Source: a virus
Virus record (IMG/VR): IMGVR_UViG_3300025151_000016
DNA length: 64,000 nt
Strand: one strand, 5' to 3'
Position 1 is the stretch's first letter; the number at the start of each line of letters is the position of its first letter. A model generated the notes under the pieces. That model searched no databases and was not told where the DNA came from. It saw nothing but the letters and a program-made list of their open reading frames with translations. Below, one piece after another: positions 37,646 to 47,364 of this stretch. A program made the position numbers and the translations under genes.

Positions 37646-38042
37646 TCATTTCATCCTCTGTTAATTCCGCTCCAGATAATATTTCAAAGCACCGACCAGC
37701 GTTTACAGTTCCTCTGTTAATCGCTCGTTCAATGCTATCAGTTTTCTCAACTGCTAATAGGCCTAAGTCCATATCAGCAAGTTTACTTGATAACCTACTA
37801 TTCTGTTTACGGATGTCCGCATATGCTTTATTAATTTTATTATTTTCTTCCATTACAGCAGCATAATTCTCTTTTAAAGAATTTATGGCTTCTTCGCTTG
37901 TTGCGACTGCTATTTCAAGTTTGGCATTATTGCCTGCTAAAACACGAATCGTTTCTTGAGTCGTTATGTAATATGTATACGCGCTATATGCAGCGGCGCT
38001 CAAGGATCCGATTATGAATAGCATTAGATATAATCTAAGCAT
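37536..38042 (-). CDS. i-spanin (Rz-like)
   Basis: N-terminal TM plus long coiled coil; overlaps the lipoprotein gene. Confidence 0.72.
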   Translation of the reverse strand: MLRLYLMLFIIGSLSAAAYSAYTYYITTQETIRVLAGNNAKLEIAVATSEEAINSLKENYAAVMEENNKINKAYADIRKQNSRLSSKLADMDLGLLAVEKTDSIERAINRGTVNAGRCFEILSGAELTEDEMNATDAEQFNKECPWLWPGPKSDGVQSSGTATTGNSG

Positions 38043-38211
38043 CTTTCTGATCTTCCATATATTTTCTAAATCGTTTTAAAAGAACTGGATGTTTATCTTT
38101 TCGTCTACGGCGATCTGTTACGTTGGTAGTTTTAAACCTAGCCGTTGGTGGCAATGCTACCGAAGCGTTACCGATTGATGTAGCTGGAGATTCTTCTTCT
38201 ATTTTTTTCAT
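38035..38211 (-). CDS. small basic protein (58 aa)
   Basis: Not in ORF track; TAATG coupled. Confidence 0.55.
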   Translation of the reverse strand: MKKIEEESPATSIGNASVALPPTARFKTTNVTDRRRRKDKHPVLLKRFRKYMEDQKDA

Positions 38212-38774
38212 TAGATTAACTCATCAACTGTTACGTATACTTTTTGGTTTGTTTTTATATGAATCGCTTCATATATATTCATCCCAAATACATCACCAAC
38301 CGGATGAGCATCTTCGCCTACACGAATACCGTCTTTAGGGTTTACATATTCATCCAATGTCTTGCACAATAGTTTTTCATATCTCACTTTATAAGTTCCG
38401 GGAGATAACCTACCATCTTCCAGAATAAACCACTGCGATGATTCCACCATAATATCACTGATGTCTAGACCTAAGTCTTTCAAACCTTGTTCTAGTTTTG
38501 CATCTTTTATATTATAATGGTCTTTGAGCAAGTAAAGAGCTGAGGCATAAGATCCGATCTTACCTGCTGGTATTAATTTTTTTATATTGAAAACGAGTCT
38601 ATGGAAAGGTGTGTAGGCATCTCTTTCTTCTGCAGACTCCGGGCGCTTTTGCTTCTTACCTTTTTCATCAATAAGACCAAGCTCAAACGCTTTAGTGTCC
38701 TTAAAACTCGTGACAAGTAATTTAAGGAATCTAAAGGTGTAGACTAAATCACCGGCTCTTTTAATAATGCCCAT
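38211..38774 (-). CDS. conserved T4-like (probable virion) protein
   Basis: D..Y.FRFLKLL.T.F....AF.LG.IDE.G; AYT.FHRLVFN.K. Confidence 0.75.
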   Translation of the reverse strand: MGIIKRAGDLVYTFRFLKLLVTSFKDTKAFELGLIDEKGKKQKRPESAEERDAYTPFHRLVFNIKKLIPAGKIGSYASALYLLKDHYNIKDAKLEQGLKDLGLDISDIMVESSQWFILEDGRLSPGTYKVRYEKLLCKTLDEYVNPKDGIRVGEDAHPVGDVFGMNIYEAIHIKTNQKVYVTVDELI

Positions 38775-39142
38775 TAAATTTTCCTTAGTGCATCTACTAC
38801 AGTTTGATCCATAGTGATATTTGTATACTGATCATTACGAATATAATTCAAAAATATTAAAAATGGTTTTACAATAGGCCAGTGTTTCTTATTAAGTTTT
38901 AATTCTAAAATATTCAATGCAGCCTCAATACCAAATACGTTAAAGACAACAATCAGGTGATTTAAAACTAGACGTTCTGCCAATGTGCCTGTTTCAATAT
39001 AACGATTACATAATCTTTTTATATATTTGAATCTATTTAAATCTTCTGTAAATTCTTCTGCATCAATAAACTTTGGATTGTAGTAGTTCTTTGCAGCGTA
39101 TATAAACAGATTGTCGTCTGATAATTCAATTTTCATTTTCAA
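38774..39142 (-). CDS. conserved T4-like hypothetical protein
   Basis: YA..NY.NP; F..DL.RFKYIKRL; ERL.LNH.I. Confidence 0.75.
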   Translation of the reverse strand: MKMKIELSDDNLFIYAAKNYYNPKFIDAEEFTEDLNRFKYIKRLCNRYIETGTLAERLVLNHLIVVFNVFGIEAALNILELKLNKKHWPIVKPFLIFLNYIRNDQYTNITMDQTVVDALRKI

Positions 39143-39168
39143 TACCTAATTAGACTATTCAAGTCTAT

Positions 39169-39549
39169 TTAGGCGTTCATGAAAGCTTCTAAATCTTCTA
39201 ACATTCCAGCTTTTGTTTTACGACGATCTAATTCGATTCCTACGGTTCTACCATATATCTCAAGTTCACGCTTATTCATATCACAAAGGCAAGGATCGTT
39301 ATCACAGTTTTCATTATCGCACTCATCATTGTCTTCATCATTTACGTACATCTCTAACTTATCGTCAGACATTACATGTGATACAGGTTCAGGCGGAGGT
39401 GGAGGTGGAGCAGCCGCTTCAACTCTTTCTCCAAAAAACTCAGCAATGAATGATTCCGGAATTTTTTGAGATTTTAACAATTCACCCGTCTTTGGGTCGA
39501 TCCATCCTCTTGTAGTTGGATGTGAGCCTTTCGGTCCTTTTATAGCCAT
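39169..39549 (-). CDS. hypothetical protein (Pro linker, Cys/acidic patch, Rho-N-like tail)
   Basis: K.ELE..GR..GIELDRR.TK C-terminus. Confidence 0.6.
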   Translation of the reverse strand: MAIKGPKGSHPTTRGWIDPKTGELLKSQKIPESFIAEFFGERVEAAAPPPPPPEPVSHVMSDDKLEMYVNDEDNDECDNENCDNDPCLCDMNKRELEIYGRTVGIELDRRKTKAGMLEDLEAFMNA

Positions 39550-39563
39550 GATTACATTATCCT

Positions 39564-40244
39564 TTATGCTTCGGTTGATTTAATTATACTTTTGTCTCCG
39601 CTCTTATTGTCGTTTGGACGACCAGGTCCTGCTTTAACTCCAGCTGCTGCATTCTTTATTGTGTCTGCTGCTGCCTTAGCGCCGTCAATACCAGAGTCAG
39701 TTCCTTCAAGACCGCCATGTTTAGCAACGAAATCTTTTTCACCTTTTGATGCTTTTGAATCAATCGCCTCGGGTGGTGTTGCACCTTTTACATGGTCAGC
39801 ACGATTTCCTGCTTTTTCCATGATGCGGTCAAAGATTGGTCGTCTTGATTCTTGCTTCTCAGACATTTCTGTATCTTTACTATTATCTTTTAGTTCTGGC
39901 TTAGTGTTAACAACTTCTTTTCCATTTTTCATTGATTTAGAAATTGCTTTCCTACGTTTGTGTAAAAATTTATCACTCGCATCAACATCTCCATCGTTAT
40001 CGATGTCTTTGTCTTTACGGTCTGAGTGTTTACCCTTTAATTCTTTTTTATCTACAGGGTCCATTGCTTCGTTTGCTTCGTTCTTACCAGGTACTTTAAA
40101 GGGTGGCTTTGGTAATGTTACCGCTGCTTTACCTTTTTCTGATGAAGCTGATGCTTTCGCTAGCTTCTTTGCTAATGCTGCTTTTTGGTTTTCTTGGACC
40201 TCGGCCCAAGCTGCCGCAACATTTTTTATGTCTTTAGTTTTCAT
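39564..40244 (-). CDS. charged putative internal head protein with DxDxDG motif
   Basis: DIDNDGDVDASD.FL..RR.AI; start trimmed to MKTKD. Confidence 0.6.
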   Translation of the reverse strand: MKTKDIKNVAAAWAEVQENQKAALAKKLAKASASSEKGKAAVTLPKPPFKVPGKNEANEAMDPVDKKELKGKHSDRKDKDIDNDGDVDASDKFLHKRRKAISKSMKNGKEVVNTKPELKDNSKDTEMSEKQESRRPIFDRIMEKAGNRADHVKGATPPEAIDSKASKGEKDFVAKHGGLEGTDSGIDGAKAAADTIKNAAAGVKAGPGRPNDNKSGDKSIIKSTEA

Positions 40245-40255
40245 TTTGGTTTCCT

Positions 40256-40531
40256 TTACATCCAAACTTGGGCTGCGTATGCTCCTGCAACAGCAATCAT
40301 TGCTATCCAGAATAGTTTATTTATTACATGCACTACTCGTGCGTTATCATCTACTTTACTCTCAATCTCATCTAACTTCTGAGAAAAACGATTAAGTCTT
40401 TCATAAGTTCGATCATGATCTTCTTTCAATCCTACTAATTTTTCTTCGGCGCGCGCCATAGCCACCATAGCTTCCGCTAGCTTATCGAGTTTATTCTCGA
40501 TGTTGTCTAATCTTGTATTTGTGGTAGCCAT
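40256..40531 (-). CDS. coiled-coil plus C-terminal TM protein
   Basis: Heptad repeats, C-terminal hydrophobic helix. Confidence 0.65.
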   Translation of the reverse strand: MATTNTRLDNIENKLDKLAEAMVAMARAEEKLVGLKEDHDRTYERLNRFSQKLDEIESKVDDNARVVHVINKLFWIAMIAVAGAYAAQVWM

Positions 40532-40545
40532 CTTATACCTATTTA

Positions 40546-40926
40546 TTATCCGCCAAACTCATGGCCTGCGACTCGCTTCATCTGTTTATTAAACTCAGAC
40601 TGCGATGGTTTTTCTTTATATAATTTAATTGAGATCTCAGGACGATCTTTACCTTTGATTCTCCAATTATAACCTTTATCCTTATGTTCTGGCTTGGTAG
40701 TCTTTACAACTCTACGTTTATAACCAGCAGCCCAAGACTCAGAACCTTCTTTCATTTTATTTGTTTTTCTAAACTTTGCAAGATCTTTTTCAGCTTCTTT
40801 TCTTCGAGCAGTTGCAGCTGCGGCATCTCTTTGACGATCTGCGTCTGTTCTACCACTCGCTTTATTGACTACTCTTAATAGTCTTTTCCTTGCCATTCCT
40901 TCTGAAAACGATTTAAATGTTTGCAT
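40546..40926 (-). CDS. putative internal head protein
   Basis: N-terminal MQTFKSFSE capsid-targeting-like sequence. Confidence 0.6.
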   Translation of the reverse strand: MQTFKSFSEGMARKRLLRVVNKASGRTDADRQRDAAAATARRKEAEKDLAKFRKTNKMKEGSESWAAGYKRRVVKTTKPEHKDKGYNWRIKGKDRPEISIKLYKEKPSQSEFNKQMKRVAGHEFGG

Positions 40927-41282
40927 TAGTTATCTACCTTTGCTCCACCGCGCCACTGGTAACAAGACCAGTATCTTGCTTTATACTTTGGTCCTGGATT
41001 ATCACAGTTATGTCTTGCTCTAAAAGATTTTCTCCGAGCTGGATCATCTCTTTTAATCTCCATATTAGGATCGCCGAAGCGAACAACTACGACTTTACCA
41101 TTCGGACCCATTGTGTACACTTTAAACTTCTTATTAGGATTTTCAGAAGTACGAATAGGATCGTTTAATTTTACTTTTTTACCTTGATACTCTGCTTCAG
41201 TAATCTCCATATCTTCGTACAGATTACATTCTTCACAAACCTGATCAATCTCATCGGCCCTATTCTGCTTGAACGTTTTCAT
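40926..41282 (-). CDS. putative internal head protein
   Basis: MKTFKQ..; FGDP....K......R.SF.ARH.C.......YWSC. Confidence 0.65.
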   Translation of the reverse strand: MKTFKQNRADEIDQVCEECNLYEDMEITEAEYQGKKVKLNDPIRTSENPNKKFKVYTMGPNGKVVVVRFGDPNMEIKRDDPARRKSFRARHNCDNPGPKYKARYWSCYQWRGGAKVDN

Positions 41283-41582
41283 TTAAAACATCTTCTTGTA
41301 TCTAAGACGACTAGCTGCGCCGTGTCGCAGTGCATCTTGTGGTTTACTTCGCGCTTTACCTTTTGCAGCAGACATACCAGTATCTGACATCCTGCCTTTA
41401 TCATATGCCTTTTTAATACCAGCATCAGATCCTCGTGCTGGTTTATTTGTTGCTCTACCGCCAGGTTCATTGAATTGACGAGTATCTTGTTCTCCAGAAC
41501 GATAAGCTTTTTTCAATTGAGCTTTACGATCAGTTCCAGATCCTTTTATCGAGGCTTCTCGAAATTCTAAAAATGTTTTCAT
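41283..41582 (-). CDS. putative internal head protein
   Basis: MKTFLEFRE; internal repeat KKAY..G. Confidence 0.6.
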   Translation of the reverse strand: MKTFLEFREASIKGSGTDRKAQLKKAYRSGEQDTRQFNEPGGRATNKPARGSDAGIKKAYDKGRMSDTGMSAAKGKARSKPQDALRHGAASRLRYKKMF

Positions 41583-41592
41583 GGCCGTGTTC

Positions 41593-41889
41593 CTATGTTC
41601 CGTAATCTGATTTGACGCTCTTGCTCATGCTATTAGCATCTGCAGCCGCGCTTTTATATTGTTCATGATCCTTACCATGCTTTTTCAACATTTTAACTGC
41701 ATGTTCATGGTCGCCGTGTGCATTATGATGAGCCATTGATGCATCTTGATGATGATCTCCGGAATCATCCCTAGCGTGGTGATAATCTCTTGCAGTTGCA
41801 TGTCTCTTCATCATAGATTGATGATGCTTCAGCAGTGCCATATCTTCATGAAGACGTAAGTCTTCTCTTAAGTTGTGAAAAGTTTTCAT
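41593..41889 (-). CDS. His-rich putative internal head protein
   Basis: MKTFHNLRE; dense His. Confidence 0.6.
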   Translation of the reverse strand: MKTFHNLREDLRLHEDMALLKHHQSMMKRHATARDYHHARDDSGDHHQDASMAHHNAHGDHEHAVKMLKKHGKDHEQYKSAAADANSMSKSVKSDYGT

Positions 41890-41890
41890 T

Positions 41891-42877
41891 TTAGTTTCCC
41901 CTTTTAGCCGAAAGATAAGCAGCTATAGCCATGTCTCTTCGTTCTTCTTTATCTTTACCTTTAAACTGTGGCGCGTCTGAAGCTTGGAAGTCTTTGATCC
42001 AAGAACCGATACCATCAGAAACTTTTAGTTTTTCGCCAAGATTCTTTTTTAATTTTTCTAAATCTTTTTTCAACTTATCTTTGTTAACAGAACCTGTTGC
42101 CTTTTTACTTAAGCCTGTCTTTGAAACATCTTTCATGCTCATTGAAAGTTCAGCAACTGGTTTTTTCTTTTGCGCCGGCTGTTTTGGCTGATCATGGTGA
42201 TACTCTTTGAATGGACGGTTTATCATCATGTCAGTCTTTTTGTCTGACATAGGTTTCTTTAGTTTTACAACTTTACCATTATTTCTTCTTGCCATATCTT
42301 TTGCATCTCTTTCATGAGATGCAAATCCAATAGCTAATCCTTTTTTATCAACTGCAGCATGAGTATGTTTGACAGCCTCATTGGTTGATTCTTTATGAGA
42401 AGCTTTATACAACTTTACTGCTTGAGCTACATGTTTATCCTTCATAGCTCTTTTTGCCTGCATATGATTTGGATTATCATCAATAAAACGAACTGTAGGC
42501 TCATCTACATTGTGCTTCTTAACATGCTTCTTATACGTATCAAACTTTTTAGGATCTATTGGTTTTCCAAATCTTTTACTCATTGGAGTCATGCTACGAG
42601 ATATTTCATTGACAGATTCTCTTTTAAGTTTACCTAATAAACCGCTGTACTGTCTTCGCTTCAAGCTTCCAGGTGTCATACTAGGTCGCTTGATTCCTGC
42701 AGCTCTTTGAGCTTTACGGTCTTTCTTTTTGTCAGCATCAATATCTGCTTGAGAAGGAGGTGTATATTTTTTCACTTCTCCCTTGATGACTTCTCTATCC
42801 ACTGGAACCATACGGATTTTTGGCTTTCCGTCTGGACCGACGTATCTTTCTGGTTTTCTATCTGCTGACTGTGGCAT
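41891..42877 (-). CDS. basic multi-module putative head protein
   Basis: Modules separated by xNE/xxE sites; C-terminal DF..S.APQFKGK....R..MA.AA. Confidence 0.55.
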   Translation of the reverse strand: MPQSADRKPERYVGPDGKPKIRMVPVDREVIKGEVKKYTPPSQADIDADKKKDRKAQRAAGIKRPSMTPGSLKRRQYSGLLGKLKRESVNEISRSMTPMSKRFGKPIDPKKFDTYKKHVKKHNVDEPTVRFIDDNPNHMQAKRAMKDKHVAQAVKLYKASHKESTNEAVKHTHAAVDKKGLAIGFASHERDAKDMARRNNGKVVKLKKPMSDKKTDMMINRPFKEYHHDQPKQPAQKKKPVAELSMSMKDVSKTGLSKKATGSVNKDKLKKDLEKLKKNLGEKLKVSDGIGSWIKDFQASDAPQFKGKDKEERRDMAIAAYLSAKRGN

Positions 42878-43132
42878 TTACTTTCCTCTTACTTTCGCGG
42901 CCAGATCTTTGTCTGCCTTTCCCCATGTACCAGATGATTTGGTAACGAATGAATTGACTCTTGCTAAGCCCCATTGTTGTGGAGTAGTACCAGGCCTATG
43001 ACCAGTTCTCCATGCGGCTACGCCTCGATTATAAACTTTACGAAGTATACCCATAGGCATACCAGACTTATCTGCTTTTTTCTTTAATGCCGCTGTGGCA
43101 TTTTCGTTTATGTAAGCTTTAAAGGTAATCAT
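42878..43132 (-). CDS. putative internal head protein
   Basis: MITFKAYINE; L.KVY.RG..AW...HRP....QW..ARV.SF. Confidence 0.65.
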   Translation of the reverse strand: MITFKAYINENATAALKKKADKSGMPMGILRKVYNRGVAAWRTGHRPGTTPQQWGLARVNSFVTKSSGTWGKADKDLAAKVRGK

Positions 43133-44514
43133 GCTGTTGCCCTGTTCTTTATTTTTGTATCTGCAGTACGAGCTCTGTCCATCATTCGATCGTGTTTACG
43201 AGCATCAGATGCTTTTTCTCGATCAATCTTCATTTTTGCGATATCTACTTTGCTATCTTTTTCACCAAACATTTGCTTGAACTTTTTCGTATGCTTTGAA
43301 GGTTTAGTTTTTGCAGTCTTGTCACCCGCAGCTGGCTTATACGCTGCTGGATTATCATCATCCATTTTAGATTGTCTTTTAAATTGACGATCTCTTGAAA
43401 CTTTTTGTGCCTTTGACAATCCAGAATGATATGCCTTTGGCTGTGTACCTGGTCGATCTTTAATATCAGAATCTTGTGGTGAACCTTTTTTACGTTCTTT
43501 GTCTTCGATGTTTAGAGTTTTAGGGTAATTCTTGTCCCCTGGTTTTAACTTCCGTTTTCCTGAAGCCCGACGTGCTCTGATATTAGCCCACAAACTTTCA
43601 TTTTGTCCAGGTGTAGCATCTTTCCACTTTTTTGCAGCTTCGGGCGTACCTTCATCAGGATAATCTTTGTACATGCTCTTAGTGTTATCTTCTTCGAGCT
43701 TTGACACTTGGTCTAACCAGCATCTTAACTTTTCAGTTTTTGTTTCTACAATTAAATAGTTTGATCCTAGGTGATGTATCTTACCAACAATACCTTTATC
43801 ATTAATAACAACTTCTTCACCGAGTTCAAATAAGTCATCACGAATATATGCTTCTCTTATATCTGAAACAGATTCTAATTGAACATGATTCTTGAATTCT
43901 CTTTTTTCCTTTAAACCCATACCTTTACGTACGTCATTAAATAAACGTTTAGCATCGGTATTGCTCATTGCCTTTGGTAAACCTTGAGCAAACTGTGTAA
44001 AGTCATTGTTAGAAGCATGACCACGCTGCTTTGTACCAGATGCGCCTTCGGCACCTTTGGCATCAGGATCTCTTTGGCCTGCTGATACTAACTTGACGCC
44101 ACCATCGAAGTTAAAGAATCCATGGCCACCTTTTTTACCATTGTACTTATTGAGTCGTAAATCATATTCTTTTACACGATCAGATCCAGCAACCATTATA
44201 ACTTTACGAAAACCCTCATCATATAATGCAGATAAAGCATGGAAAGGTGTTATGACTTTTTTGTTTATCATAATCTGTCGGCCATGCTTTGGAAACATTT
44301 TACGAACATATTTAACTTTATCTTTATATGCTAAAGGATTTTCTTTTTCATCATTTGATTGCGATAAGAATACTCGATAAGGATTTCTACCAGCTGCAGC
44401 GGCAAGTTTATCTAGCAATTTGCCATGACCAATAGTAGGAGGATTCATTCTACCAAAGGTAAAATAAACAATTCTTTCTTCTTCAACTAGAAATTTGCTA
44501 AATGAATTAATCAT
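43129..44514 (-). CDS. HIGH-superfamily nucleotidyl(cytidylyl)transferase with C-terminal extensions
   Basis: FGRMNPPTIGH; NPL; GSDRV; SAG.RDPDA; S.TK.R. Confidence 0.8.
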   Translation of the reverse strand: MINSFSKFLVEEERIVYFTFGRMNPPTIGHGKLLDKLAAAAGRNPYRVFLSQSNDEKENPLAYKDKVKYVRKMFPKHGRQIMINKKVITPFHALSALYDEGFRKVIMVAGSDRVKEYDLRLNKYNGKKGGHGFFNFDGGVKLVSAGQRDPDAKGAEGASGTKQRGHASNNDFTQFAQGLPKAMSNTDAKRLFNDVRKGMGLKEKREFKNHVQLESVSDIREAYIRDDLFELGEEVVINDKGIVGKIHHLGSNYLIVETKTEKLRCWLDQVSKLEEDNTKSMYKDYPDEGTPEAAKKWKDATPGQNESLWANIRARRASGKRKLKPGDKNYPKTLNIEDKERKKGSPQDSDIKDRPGTQPKAYHSGLSKAQKVSRDRQFKRQSKMDDDNPAAYKPAAGDKTAKTKPSKHTKKFKQMFGEKDSKVDIAKMKIDREKASDARKHDRMMDRARTADTKIKNRATA

Positions 44515-45005
44515 TATGTAGACTTGCTCCCACGTTTCTTTTCCATCTCAGCTTTACGAGTCTTTGGTAAAAGCTTCTTAGCAAGTCTATCTATCTTTTT
44601 CTTCATAGCAGGTTTTTCGAGACGTTTTTCAATCTCTTGCCTACGAGCAAAAGTTAAGTCTGCTTTCGGAATATCTTTTGAGATCTTCTTAAACACTAAC
44701 ATTCGAGCAGCTTTACGTGCTCTACTCTTTAATTTTTCTGGGGATGCAAACCTACGCTTGGCTCTTTCACGTCCCATCTTAATACGTGACTTATAGCGTT
44801 TAAGTAAACGAGCTCGAGCTCTACGCTGTTGCATAGTAAGAGCTTCATCTACTTCTTCATCTGATTTAGGTGGATTAGTCGACGCGTAGTCTGGTCGATA
44901 CTTGCGCTTCTTTGCGTTCTTTTTAATTTGATCTGGCATGCCTGGGGCATAGTCTACAGTCAAAAAATCTTTGAAACCTAGTTTCTTATCCATTTTATCT
45001 GGCAT
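44514..45005 (-). CDS. basic putative head protein
   Basis: LGFKDFL; VDEAL...QR..R; RARK.AR. Confidence 0.6.
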   Translation of the reverse strand: MPDKMDKKLGFKDFLTVDYAPGMPDQIKKNAKKRKYRPDYASTNPPKSDEEVDEALTMQQRRARARLLKRYKSRIKMGRERAKRRFASPEKLKSRARKAARMLVFKKISKDIPKADLTFARRQEIEKRLEKPAMKKKIDRLAKKLLPKTRKAEMEKKRGSKST

Positions 45006-46235
45006 TTAATTTCTTCCCGGTTTATCCCATCCCTTTAATATATCAGGCGAAAAGTTGTTGTAGGAGAATTCCATCCTGTCAACGATCTTTACCGCGTCAC
45101 CACCAAGTTTGTCAATAGCAACGTAACCTTCTTCTCCGGTTACCTTATATCCATTACGAGTCTTAACAAAAGTTTTAACTTTAGCAAGTTTGTTAAGAGT
45201 ATTTATAAGTTTTAATTTTGCAAGAACTATAACTTTTTGCAATTCAAACATATTTATGAGAGATTGTTTGTTTTTTTCACTAAAGAATGATAAAATATTA
45301 TCTAATTTTTGTCGCTGAGTTGCTTTTCCTCTTTCAGATTTTCTCTTAGCAATTTCTTTTGCGTACTTAAGTCGTATCCACCTAACGAGTTTATCGGCAT
45401 GTCCTCTTGAATCTCCAGGGACTTGTCCCTTTCTGACATACTTATTATTGAATTGCTCAATGAGGCGCGGTAACTCGTCCGATTTCTCGAGCGTCCTAAG
45501 TGTGGATCCTGCGATTTGGTTAAAGAGTTTACCAGCTTGCGATAGATATTCATTCACTTTCTCCGTATCTTTTTTATTCATAGTAACATTTGTCATATCT
45601 CTAAGCATTGCATCTTGCGACCAAACACCTTTAGACTTATTTAATTTAGAAACATTTACACCATATGAAGCTTTCATGGTTTCAAATGTTTTACCTGTAT
45701 ATGTGGTATGCCAAACAATTCCAATCTTAGATTTCTTAATCTCCGCAGCAGCGGCTGAATTACTTGGCACAGCATATACAATGGTATTAGGATGAAACGT
45801 AATATAAGATTCACCGTCTATCTTTTTAGTTGTTACATCGCCTGGTCCATATAAGAAGTCACCTTGTACGACACCTTTTATGCCTAGAGCAGGAAGTTCT
45901 CGCAAAGCTATGTTAAGCTTATCAGCAAGATCGCCAGAAGTATCAGCATCCACATCGCTGGCAGTTTTATATACTTTTGGATTCTTATTAAAGATTCCTT
46001 TCTTAGCGACAAAAAACTTTCCATCAGATGGATCAATACCAGCAAAGATAGCAGGAGCGCCATCCCACTTGACAGATACACTACCATCATGAGATCCTTT
46101 CAGCATGTTTCTTAATTCTCGTAAAGCATTAATAGCTTCCCTTGTTCCGTTCACACCACCGTAAAGTACTTTATCCTCTATATGAGTCATATGAGTATTT
46201 TTTTGTTCTGTTATATATGAGCTAAAATTTTCCAT
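45006..46235 (-). CDS. ATP-dependent ligase-like (KxDG) protein
   Basis: SVKWDG (motif I), QGD (III), EGYV (IV), VKIVDR..F (V); N-terminal MENFSSYITE. Confidence 0.6.
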   Translation of the reverse strand: MENFSSYITEQKNTHMTHIEDKVLYGGVNGTREAINALRELRNMLKGSHDGSVSVKWDGAPAIFAGIDPSDGKFFVAKKGIFNKNPKVYKTASDVDADTSGDLADKLNIALRELPALGIKGVVQGDFLYGPGDVTTKKIDGESYITFHPNTIVYAVPSNSAAAAEIKKSKIGIVWHTTYTGKTFETMKASYGVNVSKLNKSKGVWSQDAMLRDMTNVTMNKKDTEKVNEYLSQAGKLFNQIAGSTLRTLEKSDELPRLIEQFNNKYVRKGQVPGDSRGHADKLVRWIRLKYAKEIAKRKSERGKATQRQKLDNILSFFSEKNKQSLINMFELQKVIVLAKLKLINTLNKLAKVKTFVKTRNGYKVTGEEGYVAIDKLGGDAVKIVDRMEFSYNNFSPDILKGWDKPGRN

Positions 46236-46241
46236 ATGTAT

Positions 46242-46270
46242 ATTATATTCCATTTAAAGAAGAAAGTAAA
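46242..46270 (-). promoter_or_regulatory. sigma70-type promoter (TTTACT-17-TATAAT), near-leaderless start for the 46235 gene
   Basis: Sequence motif. Confidence 0.55.
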
Positions 46271-46273
46271 TCA

Positions 46274-47338
46274 TTATTTATATTTAAAATCACACATTAG
46301 ACGAGTAGGATAACCATCACCGCCTTGTGTATCTCTTAAGTTCAATTTAAAAACGTATGTTGAGGATTGCATTTCTATATCTATACGTTTACCTTTACCA
46401 CCTTTTCCTCCATAATAAACAACAGGAGCTGTTACTGTGGCTGCAGTTTGCATAGCACTTTGAGTCATTTCTTTTGACAATATCTTGCCACTTAATTTAT
46501 GTATGATATGATAATTGAAACCAATACCAGATTGAAGTAGATGACTTAATCCTACTTTACTAAACTTTGGACTCTTATCGACTTTTCCAGAACTCGTACC
46601 GTTGAATACATTACAGAACTCTTCTTCGTTAATACCAAATAATTTCAAGAGCTTTTTCCCGTTTGGATTTACAATCTTTTCTGCCTGTATTTCTTTCTTA
46701 GTAAGAATAGTTTTGACACCAACATTAAAGAACGTAGTAGTGCCACCAAGTTTTAGACTAAGATATATTGGACCTTGATCAATAGTAACTGTAATATCAG
46801 TTACAGATTTACCTACATCGAATCCTTTTCCTTTTGGATTAGTAAGTTGGATCTTCGGAGAGAACACGAGAGGACGGCGAGTATTTTCACCACCTACAAC
46901 ATCCACTTTAAACTCTTTTGATTCCGACATTTCATACGTCTTATCAAGGTGTTCAATCGCAGCTGACATGTTTCTATCTTTCACAGCATCACCAGCCCAC
47001 CAAGCTAAAAGTGCATCAGCAAACTGTGGTTCAAATAAGTTACCACGGTTGTTAGCACCACGATTACCAGAGGATCCATTGCCAAACTTTATTTTTACTT
47101 TTGATAAGTCTGCTTTAGCTTTTATATCTGCAATAGTCATATCGTCTTGCAACTGGCGAGTTACATTAACAGCGCCTTTCTTTGCTGGATCAATATTAAT
47201 CGGTGTCGGTGCTTTTGATTTTAAGATAGCAAAAAGTCTCTTGATCTCTTTTAGATTTTCCTCAGGGAAATCTTTGAGTTCAGAGTCTATCTCTTGCGTT
47301 GATTTTGGAAAGAATGTATAGGCCACACTAAACCCCAT
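46274..47338 (-). CDS. PD-(D/E)xK nuclease-like protein
   Basis: GNLFE helix; TDITV.......YLSLK. Confidence 0.5.
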   Translation of the reverse strand: MGFSVAYTFFPKSTQEIDSELKDFPEENLKEIKRLFAILKSKAPTPINIDPAKKGAVNVTRQLQDDMTIADIKAKADLSKVKIKFGNGSSGNRGANNRGNLFEPQFADALLAWWAGDAVKDRNMSAAIEHLDKTYEMSESKEFKVDVVGGENTRRPLVFSPKIQLTNPKGKGFDVGKSVTDITVTIDQGPIYLSLKLGGTTTFFNVGVKTILTKKEIQAEKIVNPNGKKLLKLFGINEEEFCNVFNGTSSGKVDKSPKFSKVGLSHLLQSGIGFNYHIIHKLSGKILSKEMTQSAMQTAATVTAPVVYYGGKGGKGKRIDIEMQSSTYVFKLNLRDTQGGDGYPTRLMCDFKYK

Positions 47339-47356
47339 TGAATTAACAGTTGGTAC

Positions 47357-47364
47357 TATTTATA
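47357..47364 (-). promoter_or_regulatory. late promoter TATAAATA
   Basis: Exact consensus just after a terminator; heads the 47338-> operon. Confidence 0.75.
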
